DNA of 64,000 bases, taken from contig NC_086108.1 of assembly GCF_963921235.1 (NCBI RefSeq), positions 66,094,001-66,158,000 of the forward strand, read 5' to 3'. Made by a program: the position numbers and the translations under genes. The notes beneath the pieces are model-generated. The model saw nothing but the letters and a program-made list of their open reading frames with translations, made no database searches and was not told the DNA's origin. The stretch is from Mobula hypostoma (lineage: Eukaryota). Shown here one piece after another: positions 1 through 12,782 of the stretch (its first letter is position 1; the number at the start of each line of letters is the position of its first letter).

Positions 1-1760
1 GGAATATTCCAACAGGCCCCGGGGAATTATCCGTCCTGATGTATTTTAACAACTCCAACACCTCCTCTCCCTTAATATCAACATGCTCCAGAATATCAAC
101 CTCACTCATATTGTCCTCACTGTCATCAAATTCCCTCTCATTGCTGAATACCGAAGAGAAGTATTCATTGAGGACCTCGCTCACTTCCACAGCCTCCAGG
201 CACATATTCCCACATTTATCTCTAATTGGTCCTACCTTCACTCCTGTCATCCTTTTGTTCTTCACATAATTGAAGAATGCCTTGGGGTTTTCCTTTACCC
301 TACTCACCAAGGCCTTCTCATGCCCCATTCTTGTTCTTCTCAGCCCCTTCTTAAGTTCCTTTCTTGCTTCCCTATATTCCTCAATAGACCCATCTGATCC
401 TTGCTTCCTAAACCTCATGTATGCTGCCTTCTTCCACCTGACTAGATTTTCCACCTCACTTGTCACCCATGGTTCCTTCACCCTACCATTCCTTATCTTC
501 CTCACTGGGACAAATTTATCCCTAACATCCTGCAAGAGATCTCTAAACATTGACCACATTTCCATAGTACATTTCCCTGCTAAAACATCATCCCAATTCA
601 CACCCGCAAGTTCTAGCCTTATAGCCTCATAATTTGCCCTTCCCCAATTAAAAATTTTCCTGTCCTCTCTGATTCTATCCTTTTCCATGATAATGCTGAA
701 GGCCAGGGAGCAGTGGTCACTGTCCCCCAGATGCTCACCCACTGAGAGATCTGTGACCTGACCCGGTTCGTTACCTAGTACTAGATCCAGTATGGCGTTC
801 CCCCTAGCCGGCCTGTCCACATACTGTGACACTTTACGCCCTTTATTCTGCTTCTCTTTCCTCAAAGCCTCTCTATATGTTAGATCTGGCTTTACTCCAT
901 GCACTTCTTTTACTGCTGTATCGCTTCAAGTCCCATCCCCCTTGCAAATTAGTTTAAACCCTCCCGAACCATGCTAGCAAACCTACCTGCAAGGATATTG
1001 CTCCCCCTCGAGTTCAGGTGCAACCCATCCAATCTGTACAGGTCCTACCTTCTCCAGAAGAGATCCCAATGATCCAAAAATCTAAAACCCTGCTCCCTGC
1101 ACCAACTCCTCAGCCATACATTCAACTGCCATCTCCTCCAATTCTTACCATCACTGTCACGTAGCACTGGCAGCAATCCTGAGAACGTCACCCTTGAGGT
1201 CCTGTTCTTCAGCCTTCTGCCTAGTTCCCGAAACTCACACTTCAGGACATCATCCCTCTTCCTGCCTATGTCATTGGTCCCAACATGTAGCACGCCTTCT
1301 GGTTGCTTTCCCTCTCGTACCAGGATGTCGTGCACCCCGTCAGAGACAACCCTGACTCTGTCACCCGGGAGGCAACAAACCATGCGGGTGTCCACAAAAT
1401 CACCCAATGACCTGCTTCCAGCAGCCTAGGTGTGACTACCTCCCTGTAGCTCTCATCTATGACTGCCTCATTTTCCCTTATGAGTCGAAGGTCATCCAGC
1501 TGCTGCTCCAGATTCCTTACACGGTCTTCCAGATTGCCCAGCCGCATGCACTTCTGGCAGATGTGACTCTGCGGGAGAGGGAGTTCCCCTAAGACAGCCA
1601 CATCTCACATGAGAGGCACATCACCGTCTCAGGAAGCATTGTAAAGACTAACTGCGAGCAAGCTTGTCCTCCGCCTCTTCTCATCGAAGCCTCTCGAGTC
1701 AAAGCCTCAAAGCTCCACTCCTTCACTGGCCCACTCACTCACTGGCCACTTTCCAGTCTG
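1..1760 (-). mobile_element. CR1-clade LINE, 5' portion (ORF1 esterase/zinc finger plus part of ORF2), internally deleted, runs off the window start
   Basis: ORF 1045-1407 has the SGNH-esterase-like LHVGTNDIGRKRDDVL of CR1 ORF1; ORF 1266-1601 has HICQKC plus a coiled coil; 1-835 resembles ORF2; abrupt joins near 835 and 1405. Confidence 0.85.
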
Positions 1761-4577
1761 TCTTATTGAAGACACTTCTGCACTCAGTTCTCAAAACAGG
1801 ACACAGATATGCTTTCATCAAAAGAAAAGTAACATTTTTTCTGAATTATGACAACCACACATTGTTTTTTACCTTTTTCCCCCTACTTTTTAGACTTAGT
1901 GATGATAACATACTCCTGGCTTTTGGAAGTCTAATGGACATATGTTATCATAAAAAAAAAAGGACATGCTAAAACCATGCAGTGGGCCAGGCAGCATCTG
2001 AGGAAGAGGAACAAGTGTTATCAGAACTTTCCAATACCTACTGCCTCACTAATACTATTATTGCCCTATAGCTGGCCTGGCAAGGAGTACAAGGATATCT
2101 CAGGGTCAATGTCTAGACCTTGCTTTGCTATTCTTGCCCACTGCATAATACATATATAAATGTATTACATTACATTATTACATATTGAGGAAAGTGGACT
2201 TTAGAAACTCCTTATAAGCATCAACATGAGCCACAATCTAATCCCAAAATATGTTAATTTCAGTAATTGTTTTACAAAGTCTTAGTCGATTGACTAAACA
2301 CTTCGGTGGCATTTCACTTTCACTGGCAATCGGTTTCTATCTGAAGTTGTTTAACTATTCCCTGAAATTTATTTGTTCTTTTTTGTTTGCCTTCATATAC
2401 ACTTACATAGATATAGACATATATAGCTCACAACTCCTTGTTATTGTTTGAAATAAGATCTCATTTTGTTAATACAGATTAGCTTTAACTCTACTTAAAC
2501 TATTCAGATTGTATCTAGAAAATAATTTGAAGTTATGGCAATGTCAATGTACAAGCTGCCAGGCAAATTGTTTACATTACAAGTCCTGTGGTGTAGCTGC
2601 ACTGTATGCCTTCCGGATGGGAATCAGATTCTCTTCCTTGAGTGCTGGATTGGAAGTTCCCAATCTCAGGCAGCAGATTATGTTTCCGTATGAAGCAAAA
2701 GAAAGTAATTGAGACTCTATAGCACAGGTCCTAAGAATCTCTTTGAAAGTTCTGTATTCTTAGATTTTGGTTTAGAGTAGACTTTCTGTATTTGCAGAGT
2801 ATTATTGGGCTACAATATCTGAGAACAAGAATGATCATTTGTTAGTATGTGAACGAAATTATCGAAAAACTAAGAATCCTACCTCGGTTTGTTGTGATGA
2901 CAAAGTGAAGTCTGGCAGCTGAGTTTGTTCAATTAATTCTATCAAATATAAATTGATTTTCAGTTTGCTTGATATTTAGTAGACTGAGCTGATATCTTTA
3001 GGTGACTCTTAGTTGTCAAGAATCTTTAAAATGGTAATGAAATGGCTCTTTGTTGTCATTAGACCACCAAAGAAAAGGACTGCCCCACTATAGGAACACC
3101 AATGAATAGTTCACATGCTGGCATAATACCACAAGAGAATAAAACACGAATCAGCAAAACCACAATAGAAAACAATATGCACATTGTCAAAAGCCCACCA
3201 TGTGACATAGATGCAAAATTCAATAGACCACCATGAAAATGAATGTTTGAGCAGCAAATGATGTGGGAAATGAACCCAGAACCCAAAAAAGTATCGCAAA
3301 GCCAACACATTCTCTTTGAATCTGTGTTGGTTGTACCCAGGCAGAGATTTAAATCTGGAACATTTTCAGTCTCTTAAGCATATAAATCAGGATAAAATTT
3401 ATGAATATGTGAGTACGTCCATTACAATTTAATAACTTGATCAGGTTTTCAATTTATTTAATTAATAGTGATGCCCACTTTCGTATCCAACCCTTAACTA
3501 ACACAGAGATCAGATAATCTTTCCCAAAAACATATAAATGAAGACGTGTATTTGTTCACAAAGGGAATGTAATCCTTTTTTGGGCTAAGGTGGCTACTTA
3601 TCACAGTCAGCATGAGATCGGTGCCGCTCAGCTCTGCAAAGGAGTGCCTTCTGCACAAATATTTAGGTTATAAATGAATAGGGAAACTGATAATTAAACT
3701 GCAGTTAATGGATGCTGCAGACTTTTGAATTTGGAGTTTGTTTTTTGATGCGTAGATAGCCTCATGCAAGTAATATAAATTTGCAGATATTTCCATAGAA
3801 GGTTTTGCTGTTAGAATGTACGTAAATGTAACAAGTGGGTATGTTGAGCTGATGTAATTCAACAACCAGTCACCCTGGTACAAATATAAATTAAAGACAT
3901 ATATAGACCAATTAAAATAAAACAAGAAGTACTATTTTACATATTGTATTTCACAAATTTAGGATATTTTAAAATATATTGTAGTCAATGTAGTCCTTAG
4001 GTGTAGGAGCCATTGTGATGTTGGAAGTACAGTAGTCAGTTTGCTTCATAGTAAACTCCTGTGAATAGTAATCCTTTAATGATAGATGATTTTAAGATAT
4101 TCTGTTTTAGTGACTTTGATTAAAGGATAAGAATTGATTAGAACTCATTCACATTCTTATCTAATTCAGAGACAGTTGTTACCCACAATGCCTCTACTGT
4201 TGTCTCATGCTCATAGAGCTGCAATGACTTGGTTCAACTCTTTTACCCTTTCACACTTTTTAAAGCCACTCTCTCCACCAGACACCCACCACCAAAACTA
4301 TGTATGTAATCTCCTGGCAGAGGAGAAAAATGTGGCCATAAACCCCGTTTCAAGAATCATAGAATCATTTGTCATAGAAACAAGGCCTTCAATACATCAA
4401 GTCCATGATAACCACGAAATGCACATCTATACTAATTCCATTTTCTGGCACTTTGCCAAGAGCCTTCTGCGCCTTTTTTGCTTACACCTGTTGTAAGAAT
4501 CTATGAATTCTCCACGCCATTAGCCAGTGTGTTTCCAACTCCAACCATTTTCTGAGAGAAGAACATTATTTAGATTC

Positions 4578-4850
4578 TTCTGCTTCCCCTCTGCCATCCG
4601 ATTCCTAAATGGACATTGAAGCTTTGGACACCACCTCACTTTTTTTTAATATACAGTATTTCTGTTTTTGCACATTTTAAAATCTATTCAATATACATAA
4701 TTGGTTTACTTGTTTGTTTAATATTGTTTTATTTTATTTATTTTTCTTCTCTCTCTGCTAGATTATGTATTGCATTGAACTGCTACTGTTAAGTTAACAA
4801 ATTTCACGTCACATGCCGGTGATAATAAACCTGATTCTGATTCTGATTCT
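4578..4850 (+). mobile_element. Rex1/Babar-type LINE 3' end fragment
   Basis: Ends AATAAACCT(GATTCT)3; a similar copy lies at 49560-49825. Confidence 0.6.
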
Positions 4851-4855
4851 AATAG

Positions 4856-5860
4856 CTGGGAAGGCAAACTTTTCTGAGAACATATGTCCAAAGAGGTGAT
4901 CATTTTCTAAAAGATTCTCTCACATGCCATGAGAATTTCCAGCAGAGATTATCAGTGATTAATGAATTAGTGACAGTAATTATGGACTTTCATGAGAAGA
5001 GGCTGAATCCTGTTCCTTATTTACATGTATACATTGTTTTATTATTAAAAATATAACAGACAAATTGAATTAAATGAAGTATTTTAGAAATCCTGTTAAA
5101 ACGATTAATATTATTTTTAAAAGGAAGTAGAAAAATAACATCATTTATAAATAGTATTGTTAATGCTTACTAACCAAACACTGATGTGTTCTCCAGTTCT
5201 GTGATGACTTCAAAGTATAACATCCAATATCTTGTGCTTTCATAAACATCTAGTTGGTATCAAGCTGGCGTTCTTGGATTGTAAAATACTATTCTCTGCT
5301 TCTTTTGGCAGGAAAAATAATCATTCTGTATTTTTTTATTACGAATGGGGTTTAAAGAATTGAGGGGCATCACTGCATTGTGCATGCCAATTAATTTTTT
5401 TCCATGCCATCTTGGGCACACATGCCATAGATTTTGTCACTATGTTCGGATATGGCCCAAGTGCAGAGTGAGGGACACTGAAGTGGGTCGATAGTTAACA
5501 GACTTTAATGCCAACGGAGTTAGAGGGAAAAGAAAACAAAAAACGCTAGGCCAAGCGGGGCCATTAACTAAAACTCGCAAATGGAACAACGAAGCCAACA
5601 TTGCAGCTGAAAGGAATAACTAAATATAAAACGAATACTGCTAGTCTTCAGAGTCAGTTGACTCAACCGTCAAATTTCTCAGGCAAGGCTGAATGCACGC
5701 AGGCAGTGAAATATTGCAGTGCTTTGCTCAAGTCTCAACAAGCACTAAGATGAAAAGAATGGAGTTAAATACCATCACAATGAAATAATAATTAGCTGAC
5801 ATGTGCATATTCGCGAGCGCAATTGCCAAATCCGTGTTTGTGACAGATTCACCACACCTG
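4856..5860. mobile_element. hAT-like non-autonomous DNA transposon (interrupted by a solo LTR)
   Basis: Imperfect TIRs CTGGGAAGGCAAAC / CAGGTGTGGTGAATC (reverse complement); flanking 8-mers TCTAATAG (4848-4855) and CCTAATAT (5861-5868) match 6/8, consistent with a hAT 8-bp TSD. Confidence 0.55.
5435..5845 (-). mobile_element. Solo LTR (411 bp)
   Basis: TGTCAC...GTGACA termini; 5-bp TSD GATTT/GATTC; ATTAAA on the minus strand; no internal coding sequence. Confidence 0.7.
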
Positions 5861-6024
5861 CCTAATATAACATTTTAACATAATAAAATGCCTAGATAAC
5901 CTGGTTTAGAAAAATGCTGGGCTCCTGATGACAGTGTATTCATGCTGTTTGTGACATAAATTTTTGTTTTATTTGATACTGCAAAGGGTATTAAATCAAA
6001 AAAGTCACATATTGAGGAAGAGAT

Positions 6025-6468
6025 TAACACACAACGGAGCTAAAGGAACAAGATGGGTCAGGCAGCATCTAGGAGAGATCGACAGTTGACATTTCAGGTT
6101 GAGATTCTTCATCAGGACTGGAAAGAAAGAGGGGGAGACAACCATAATAAAAAAAAGTAGGGAGGGGGTGGAGCAAGAGTTGGCAGATGATAAGTGGATC
6201 CAGATGAGGGAGGAGATAAGCGGGTGAGGGGGATGGACTATAGGAATGATCTGTGGACCATGAAATAAAGGGAAGGAGATGCAGAGGGGAACTGGAGGGA
6301 ACAATGTGTGTGTGAGGGACAGATCAAGAGGGTAGGGGAGTGGAAAAAGATGGAGTGATGGGGCCAGTGGAATAAGGACAAGAAAAGAGGGACAAAATTA
6401 GTGAAATTGATGTTCATGGTGTCAGGCAGAAGTTTATTAAGGTATTAAGGCAGAATATAAGGTGCTGT
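6025..6468 (-). mobile_element. Old Penelope-like element 3'/pLTR fragment, truncated by Gypsy A
   Basis: Diverged homolog of the young PLE copies (GGCAGCATCT...TTCATCAGGACTGG, purine-rich tract, GAATATAAGGTGCTGT); stops exactly at the TGTAGT start of the LTR. Confidence 0.75.
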
Positions 6469-7087
6469 TGTAGTACCTGTGAAAAAGGGAGGTGGTGAAT
6501 GAAACATACACGTTATGCTGTTCATGCATCAGTAACTCTATGGTGAATGAGGAACACAGGATGTACATCTCCCCCCCCCAACCAAGCATTCTGGCAATCA
6601 ATCGCATGCTGAAGTTTGAATGCAAGACTTTACAAGTCAATGGCAGACTCAGTGCTCACTACTACAAAAGTATACCTTGCACACAGATTCACAAAACTTT
6701 CAATTAAATACATTTGCAAACAACAGGAATTCTGCAGATGCTGGAAATTCAAGCAACATACATCAAAGTTGCTGGTGAACGCAGCAGGCCAAGCAGCATC
6801 TATAGGAAGAGGCGCAGTCGACGTTTCAGGCCGAGACCCTTCGTCCTGAAAGGGTCTCTGCCTGAAACGTCGACTGCGCCTCTTCCTATAGATGCTGCTT
6901 GGCCTGCTGCGTTCACCAGCAACTTTGATGTATGTTAATTAAATACATTTGCACATTTTTTTAAGTAATGTCCCTTTTTCTCTCAACGTGAAATGATATT
7001 CACCTTAAATAAATTATTTGAACTCTTTTAAAAAAATATTTGAACAATTATTTATAACCAAATTGAACAGATTTCAGCCTTGTCACA
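6469..7087 (-). repeat. Gypsy A 3' LTR (contains fold-back PLE insertion)
   Basis: Minus strand TGTGACA...ACTACA, preceded by a degenerate purine tract (AAGGGATAGTG); about 80% similar by eye to 21112-21400. Confidence 0.8.
6719..6936 (-). mobile_element. Fold-back (inverted-duplicated) young PLE pLTR insertion
   Basis: 87-bp arms 6755-6841 and 6850-6936 with one mismatch; 17-bp TSD AATTAAATACATTTGCA at 6702-6718 and 6937-6953. Confidence 0.92.
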
Positions 7088-8132
7088 CACTATCCCTTAA
7101 AGGTAGATGCCGTCCCGACATTTCCTCCCAGTGTTAGATTTGCAATCACTACTTGTTTTATTTCATTCTCAAGGCTGTCACCCAGTAGTAATTTGGACAG
7201 AGAAGTTGTTCACAGACACTTATTTCCCGATACTTAGCTATGAACCACAGTCATTCAATACTAGAAATTGCTTGACAATGAGAGCAGATCACAATCACAA
7301 TTGCACTTAAACAGACCATGGCTGCCACGTCCTGGTTTCTAACAGGAATCTGTGATTACTAGGGCATTTCTGGGCTCCAATGAGGAAAGGTTTATATGAT
7401 TTTCTCTCTGAAGTTCTCTATGATAGTAACAGCCTTTGAGCACCTGGAGCATACCTGCCAATTAGCATAAGGTACAGTATAACAGCAGTTCACGAGCACT
7501 TCCTCGTAGCAGCAGTCCACGAGCACTTCCTTATGCCAAATTGTTGGTTGCTTTATAGTGCAACATTCACTTTTTCAGGGCATAAACAGTCCTCTCAATC
7601 AACAGTCCCTATACTACTTTCCTTATACAAAACATTCCTTTGGATTCTGCTATGCACATGGTAGTTGATGTGGGAGTGGGGGTACAGGTAGCCATAGAGT
7701 CATTGACATTACACAATTATAAGGCAAGGCCTGATTCTGATGCAGTTTACAGTCTGTATGGTGTAACATATGGGGGTTCCAAACCTATAGTAAGTAAGGT
7801 GTTTTGGTGGTCATCATTCTCTCTGAGGAAACTTTGAGTTCCCTTGTCTTTGCTCCATCTGGTTGTCTGGCTTATCATTCACTGGAGTAAATACAGGAAC
7901 TGGAATGGGTTGACATACTGGAAAATCATGTGGGTCTCTTGGTTTGGATGAACGTATAGAGACTGGTAGTGATTCACAATAGGTTAAGTCATCTCGGTTA
8001 CATGGTACGGATACAGGGACTGGTACTGGCTCACATGCAGGTAAGCTCAACAACTGCTCCTTCTTAGACACTTGTCACTGAAGTATTGGGAATCCTCGGC
8101 CCTCATTTGCTACTCAGCAAGTTGTGTAGGCT

Positions 8133-10150
8133 CTACTTCAAAACTCTTGCATTTCTTGCTACTGTGAGGTTGGCTTTGTAGTAATATTCACCCTCACTGT
8201 CACTGGTTGGTTCACTCACTTCCCATGCTTTAAGTGGGCAAGCCCCAGTGCCCTGTTTTGGCAGACACCCTTGTTTTGTTGCTGTATCTATTTGTGGTTC
8301 AACATCCAAAGGCAGGTGTCCACGTGGCCTGAGAAGATTGTGATGTAGTATGCTGGATCTTCCCTTTCCTTGTTCAGGTATCACTTCATAGATTGGCACA
8401 TCCTCCCCAACTTCTCATACAATATAGATGCAGTCCTCGCAATAGTTTCAAAGCTTTCCTGGGCCTCTGTGAGGAGTCAGATTCTTTACTAGGACATGAT
8501 TCCCAGGTTGTAGCTCTGTAAATCTCACTCTGCTGTCATAATTTCTCTTATTTCTCTCCGAGACCTTTTGCATGTACTCCTTGGCAATCAGATGGGCTTC
8601 TTGCATGCCTCTTTTCCATCTTTCCAGGTGTTCACTGTGGGTTGCAGAACCTTTCGACCTTGCAGAGTTGTAAGCATAGAGTATTTTATTCAATGACTCA
8701 TTCCAATTTTTTGTGGTCTTTCTGTTAGTGTTTTCAGCATTTGCAGAAGGGTCTGGTTGAGTTTCTCAACTCGTCCATTTCCCTGGGGGTGGTACAGTGT
8801 AGTTCTTGTCCAGTTCCCTGGGGATGGTACGGTGTAGAACTTGGTCCTGCCAATCCACTATATTTTCTCAGTTACGTGAAGAGTTATTTTCAAATTCGTC
8901 CCCTTGGTCATGGTGTATTTGTGATGGGAACCCAAAACTTCAGGCCAAAGTCATTGAAAAAATGGGCAGCGACAGTTTTTCCTGACCTTGAGGTTGTGGC
9001 ATATGTCTGTGCAAACCATGTAAGATGGTCAATAATCACCAGAATATACTGGTATCTACCCTTACACTTGTCTAGGTGAAGAAAGTCAACTGACACAAGT
9101 TCAAATGGTTGTGATGCTCTTGAGCGCTGCCCTTGTTTCCCGACATGGATTTTTTTGCATGAGACAGGTACAGACTCTTAGCATATGGTGCTCAATGTCT
9201 CTCTGCATGTGAGGCCAGAAAAATCATGTAGCTCTTTCAGGACTACACATTTGAACTTCTCAGGTAGCACCAGCTGTGTTCATTGGGTAGTTTTGCAATG
9301 AAGGATACTATCCTCATCCAATGCTAATTTATCCCACTCTCGCAAAAAGCACCTGACTTGCTTGTTTAATGTTGGTATTTGTGGAAAAATAGGTTTCGAA
9401 CCTGAGCTTACGAAGTCGATTAGTATTTTGGTGTCACCGTCGCCTTCCTGGATCTCTCTCCTGTACAGCAATGGAACTGATGTGTTCACCAAATCGACAT
9501 TTACTGCGTCTAACTGTACAGATACTGCCATGGACCAGGGTATGTCTGCACTTTGCTACATTTAACTGGCCTGGATAGTTGACTCTTACTGAATTAGATG
9601 AGGTTTCTTCCACTCATAGTCATTTCCATGGCTACTGGCACTTCGGACAAAGAGTCAGCATCAACATCTTCTTTTCCTGGTCGACAACGGATAGTGAAGC
9701 AGAAATTGGCCTGTCTGTAACCTATCTATATCCAGTTGCATTCAACTTTGCTGAAGACAGAACATACCTGAGGAGGTTGTTGTCACTGTAAACTGTGAAT
9801 GTTGTGGTGTAGTACAGGTAATTCCTAGATTTTTCAGTAATTTCCCAGTTCAAGTCAAGGAATTCCAATTTTCTGCTGTGTAGGTGGTAGTTTTCTTCTA
9901 CATTTGGCAATGTTCGTGAACCATAGGCTATTACTCCCAATTTGTCATCTTGCTTTCGATACAGGACTGCTCCCAAACCCTGATTGGAGGCATCAATGTG
10001 GAGAATGAATGGTTGCGCAAAGTCTGAGGATCCCAGCATAGGTGACTGTACTAGGCAGTTAATCAGCTTCTCCAAAGTTTTTCGATGTGTCTCTGTCCAA
10101 CTGATCAGTTTGCAAAAGGACACACACTTTCTCTGCTTATTTGTCTTTCT
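8133..10150 (-). pseudogene. Gypsy A RNase H and integrase remnant
   Basis: ORF fragments 9722-10123 (RNase H), 8908-9096 and 8448-8693 (integrase core), 8133-8399 (C-terminal). Confidence 0.85.
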
Positions 10151-10181
10151 GATGCTACCCTGTCAGTACTTCCAGTTGAAC

Positions 10182-11289
10182 AAGCAACACACATCAAAGT
10201 TGCTGGTGAACGCAGCAGACCAGGCAGCACCTCTAGGAAGAGGTACAGTCGACGTTTCAGGCTGAGACCCTTCGTCAGGACTAACTGAAGGATGAGTGAG
10301 TAAGAGATTTGAAAGTGGGAAGGGTAGGGGGAGATCCAAAATGATAGGAGAAGACAGGAGGGAAAGGAATGGAGCCAAGAGCTGGACAGGTTATTGGCAA
10401 AGGGGATATGAGAGGATCATGGGACAGGAGGTCCGGGGAGAAAGACAAGGGGAAGGGGGGGGGGAAACCCAGAGGATGGGCATGGGGTATAGTCAGAGAG
10501 ACAGAGGGAGAAAAAGTAGAGTGAGAGAAAGAATGTGTGTATAAAAATAAATAACGGATGGGGTATGAGGGGGAGGTGGGGCATTAGCGGAAGTCAGAGA
10601 AGTCGATGTTCATGCCATCAGGTTGGAAGCTACCCGGATGGAATATAAGGTGTTGTTCCTCCAACCTGAGTGTGGCTTCATCTTTACGGTAGAGGAGGCC
10701 GTGGATAGACATGTCAGAATGGGAATGGGATGTGGAATTAAAATGTGTGGCCACTGGGAAATCCTGCTTTCTCTGGCGGACAGAGCGTAGATGTTCAGCA
10801 AAGCGGTCTCCCAGTCTGCGTTCGGTCTCGCCAATATATAGAAGGCCACATCGGGAGCACTGGACACAGTATATCACCCCAGCCGACTCACAGGTGAAGT
10901 GTCGCCTCACCTGGAAGGACTGTCTGGGGCCCTGAATGGTGGTAAGGAAGGAAGTGTAAGGGCATGTGTAGCACTCATTCCGCTTACAAGGATATATTAC
11001 GCCAGATTACAACAGCACCCCCCTTATCGGTGGGTTTAATAATAAGGTTAGGATAAATGCGGAGGGAGTGGAGAGCAGAGTGTTCCGAAGGAGTGAGGTC
11101 GGAATGGGAACAAGGTGCGGTGAAGTCGAGACGGTTGATGTCCCATCGGCAGTTAGCGATAAAGAGATCCATGAGCAGGCAGAAGACCAGAGCGGGGTGT
11201 CCATGAAGAAGAGGAGGGTTGAAGACGGGAGAAGGGGTCACCGGTGGGGGTGGAAGAGTCCTTGCTGAAGAAGTAGGCTCAGATTAAAC
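10182..11289 (-). mobile_element. Neptune-like Penelope element, RT-deleted derivative (N-terminal DKG region fused to GIY-YIG and pLTR)
   Basis: IIKPTDKGGAVVIW (10984-11241) joined to the linker CKRNECYTC and GVIYCVQCSRCGLLYIGET (10584-10910); TSD GTACTTCCAGTTGAAC/GTGCCTCCAGTTGAAC at 10166-10181 and 11290-11305. Confidence 0.9.
10246..10282 (-). ncRNA. Minimal type I hammerhead ribozyme motif in PLE pLTR
   Basis: Minus strand AGTC-CTGACGA-AGGGTCTCAGCCT-GAAA-CGTC-GACT. Confidence 0.7.
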
Positions 11290-11771
11290 GTGCCTCCAGT
11301 TGAACTCTGTCTTCTTATGTGTTTTCCCCCAGCTGTCAGTCCATAGTTTTGTATTGCCATGTTCTCCTGTCCCTGCTCCTGCTATTCTCCGGCCCCTGTA
11401 TTACTGAGTATTCTGTCTCTCATCCGTTTCTCATTATTACCTGTTTTGCTGCCACCTGTGTCTCATTGTGGTCCACTTATCATCTGCCTCTCTGTTTATT
11501 GCTCAGTGTATTTCAGTCCTGTGTTTTCACCTTTTTGTTGCAAGATTGTGCCAGTGAGTTTTTCTGAGTCTTTCTAGCATTTATATCTGTATTTTATCTG
11601 TTGAAATATTGACTCTTCCTGTTTCTGGTTTTTGGATTTCTCTGGATGTTTTGATCTCTGCCTGAACTTTAATGCTGACTTTGTTTGCACCTCAGGATTT
11701 GTTACTCAATTAATATCACTGTGTGCACAGTACTGGGTCTGCGATTGGATCCCTGCTCCAGCATCTTGACA

Positions 11772-11782
11772 GTATAATCTGG
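11772..11782 (+). other. Tf1-type self-priming primer binding site of Gypsy B
   Basis: GTATAATCTGG directly follows the 5' LTR and pairs 11/11 (two G-U) with CCAGATTGTGC inside the LTR (17088-17098; the 5' copy at 11541-11551 has one mismatch). Confidence 0.7.
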
Positions 11783-11787
11783 TCAGA

Positions 11788-12782
11788 ATGGACCCAGCCG
11801 ACCCTGGTTGTCTGTGAGCTGCCCTGGAACAACAGGGAGTGATGCTGGGGAAACACCAGAACCAACTGGGCTCCATATTCAGGGCAATAGAGTCGCTTTC
11901 TGCCAATGTAGCTGATCTTGTGGCCCAGACTCAGTCACTCCTGCTGTCCCAGAGTGCCCATCAACATTCAGTGACTGCATCTTCTTCCCTGCCCTCCATG
12001 TCCTCCTGTGCTCCTTCTGTCCAAGAGCCTCGTCTGCCTCCTCCAGAAAAGTTCTCGGGTGAGTCCGATACCCACCGCTCTTTTCTTTCCCAGTGCACTC
12101 TCATTTTTGAATTACAACCAACAACATTTCCAACTGATAGAGCCAAGCAGCCTACACCATTACCAAACTGTCTGGTTGGGTGAAAAAATGGGGAACAGCC
12201 AACTGGGAGGCAGGCTCCCTTTTCTGCAGTTTACATTTGTTTTCTGAAGAGATGAGAAAAGTGTTTGATCACTCCAAACATGGGAGAGAGGCTGCCCGTG
12301 AAATACTGCACATGCATCAGGGGTGCAGATCTGTGTCAGATTGTACCATAAGAGTTCCGGTCACTAGCCACCTCCAGTGGCTGGAACTCAGAGGCACAGT
12401 ACAACATCTTCCTGAACGGCCTCTCCAAAGACATCAAAGATGAGCTGGTCGCCCAGGACCTTCCTGCCACCTTTGAAGCCCTCATGGATTTGGCCGTCTG
12501 CATTGATGTTTGCCTTCAGCAGCGCTGCAGAGGAAGAGGTTCCAGAGGGTCCCTGGGGGCACTGGATGAGTTCCAAGCTCCTCATCAGTCTGCATTGCCC
12601 TGCTGTTTGCCTCCATCTACAATTCCCGTTCCAGAGTGAGCCTGTGGCTATGCATGTTGATCGTACCTGCCTGATGCCAACTGAAAGACAAAGGAAAATC
12701 AGCACCTGCTCCTGTCTGCACTGTGGTCAACCAGGCCATTTCATCTCCCCCGCCCAGAAAAAAACCTAGTGCTCACCAGTAG
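11788..12782 (+). pseudogene. Gypsy B gag
   Basis: Starts MDPA at 11788; sushi/PEG10-like capsid motifs; zinc knuckle; ends AHQ* (TAG 12780-12782); frameshifted. Confidence 0.85.

Larger units (their letters stand above)
10161..11771 (+). repeat. Gypsy B 5' LTR (split by the PLE at 10182-11289)
   Basis: Starts TGTCAGTAC at 10161, resumes at 11290, ends TTGACA at 11771; homologous to 16834-17322. Confidence 0.9.

Noticed and set aside
3063..3408. Possible exon (acceptor-like TTGTTGTCATTAG, 57 open codons, later GTGAGT)
   Set aside because: No recognisable protein similarity, in-frame stop, no partner exons
7482..7532. Short duplicated AGCAGT(T/C)CACGAGCACTTCCT unit
   Set aside because: Two-copy local duplication inside Gypsy A; not an array or CRISPR-like
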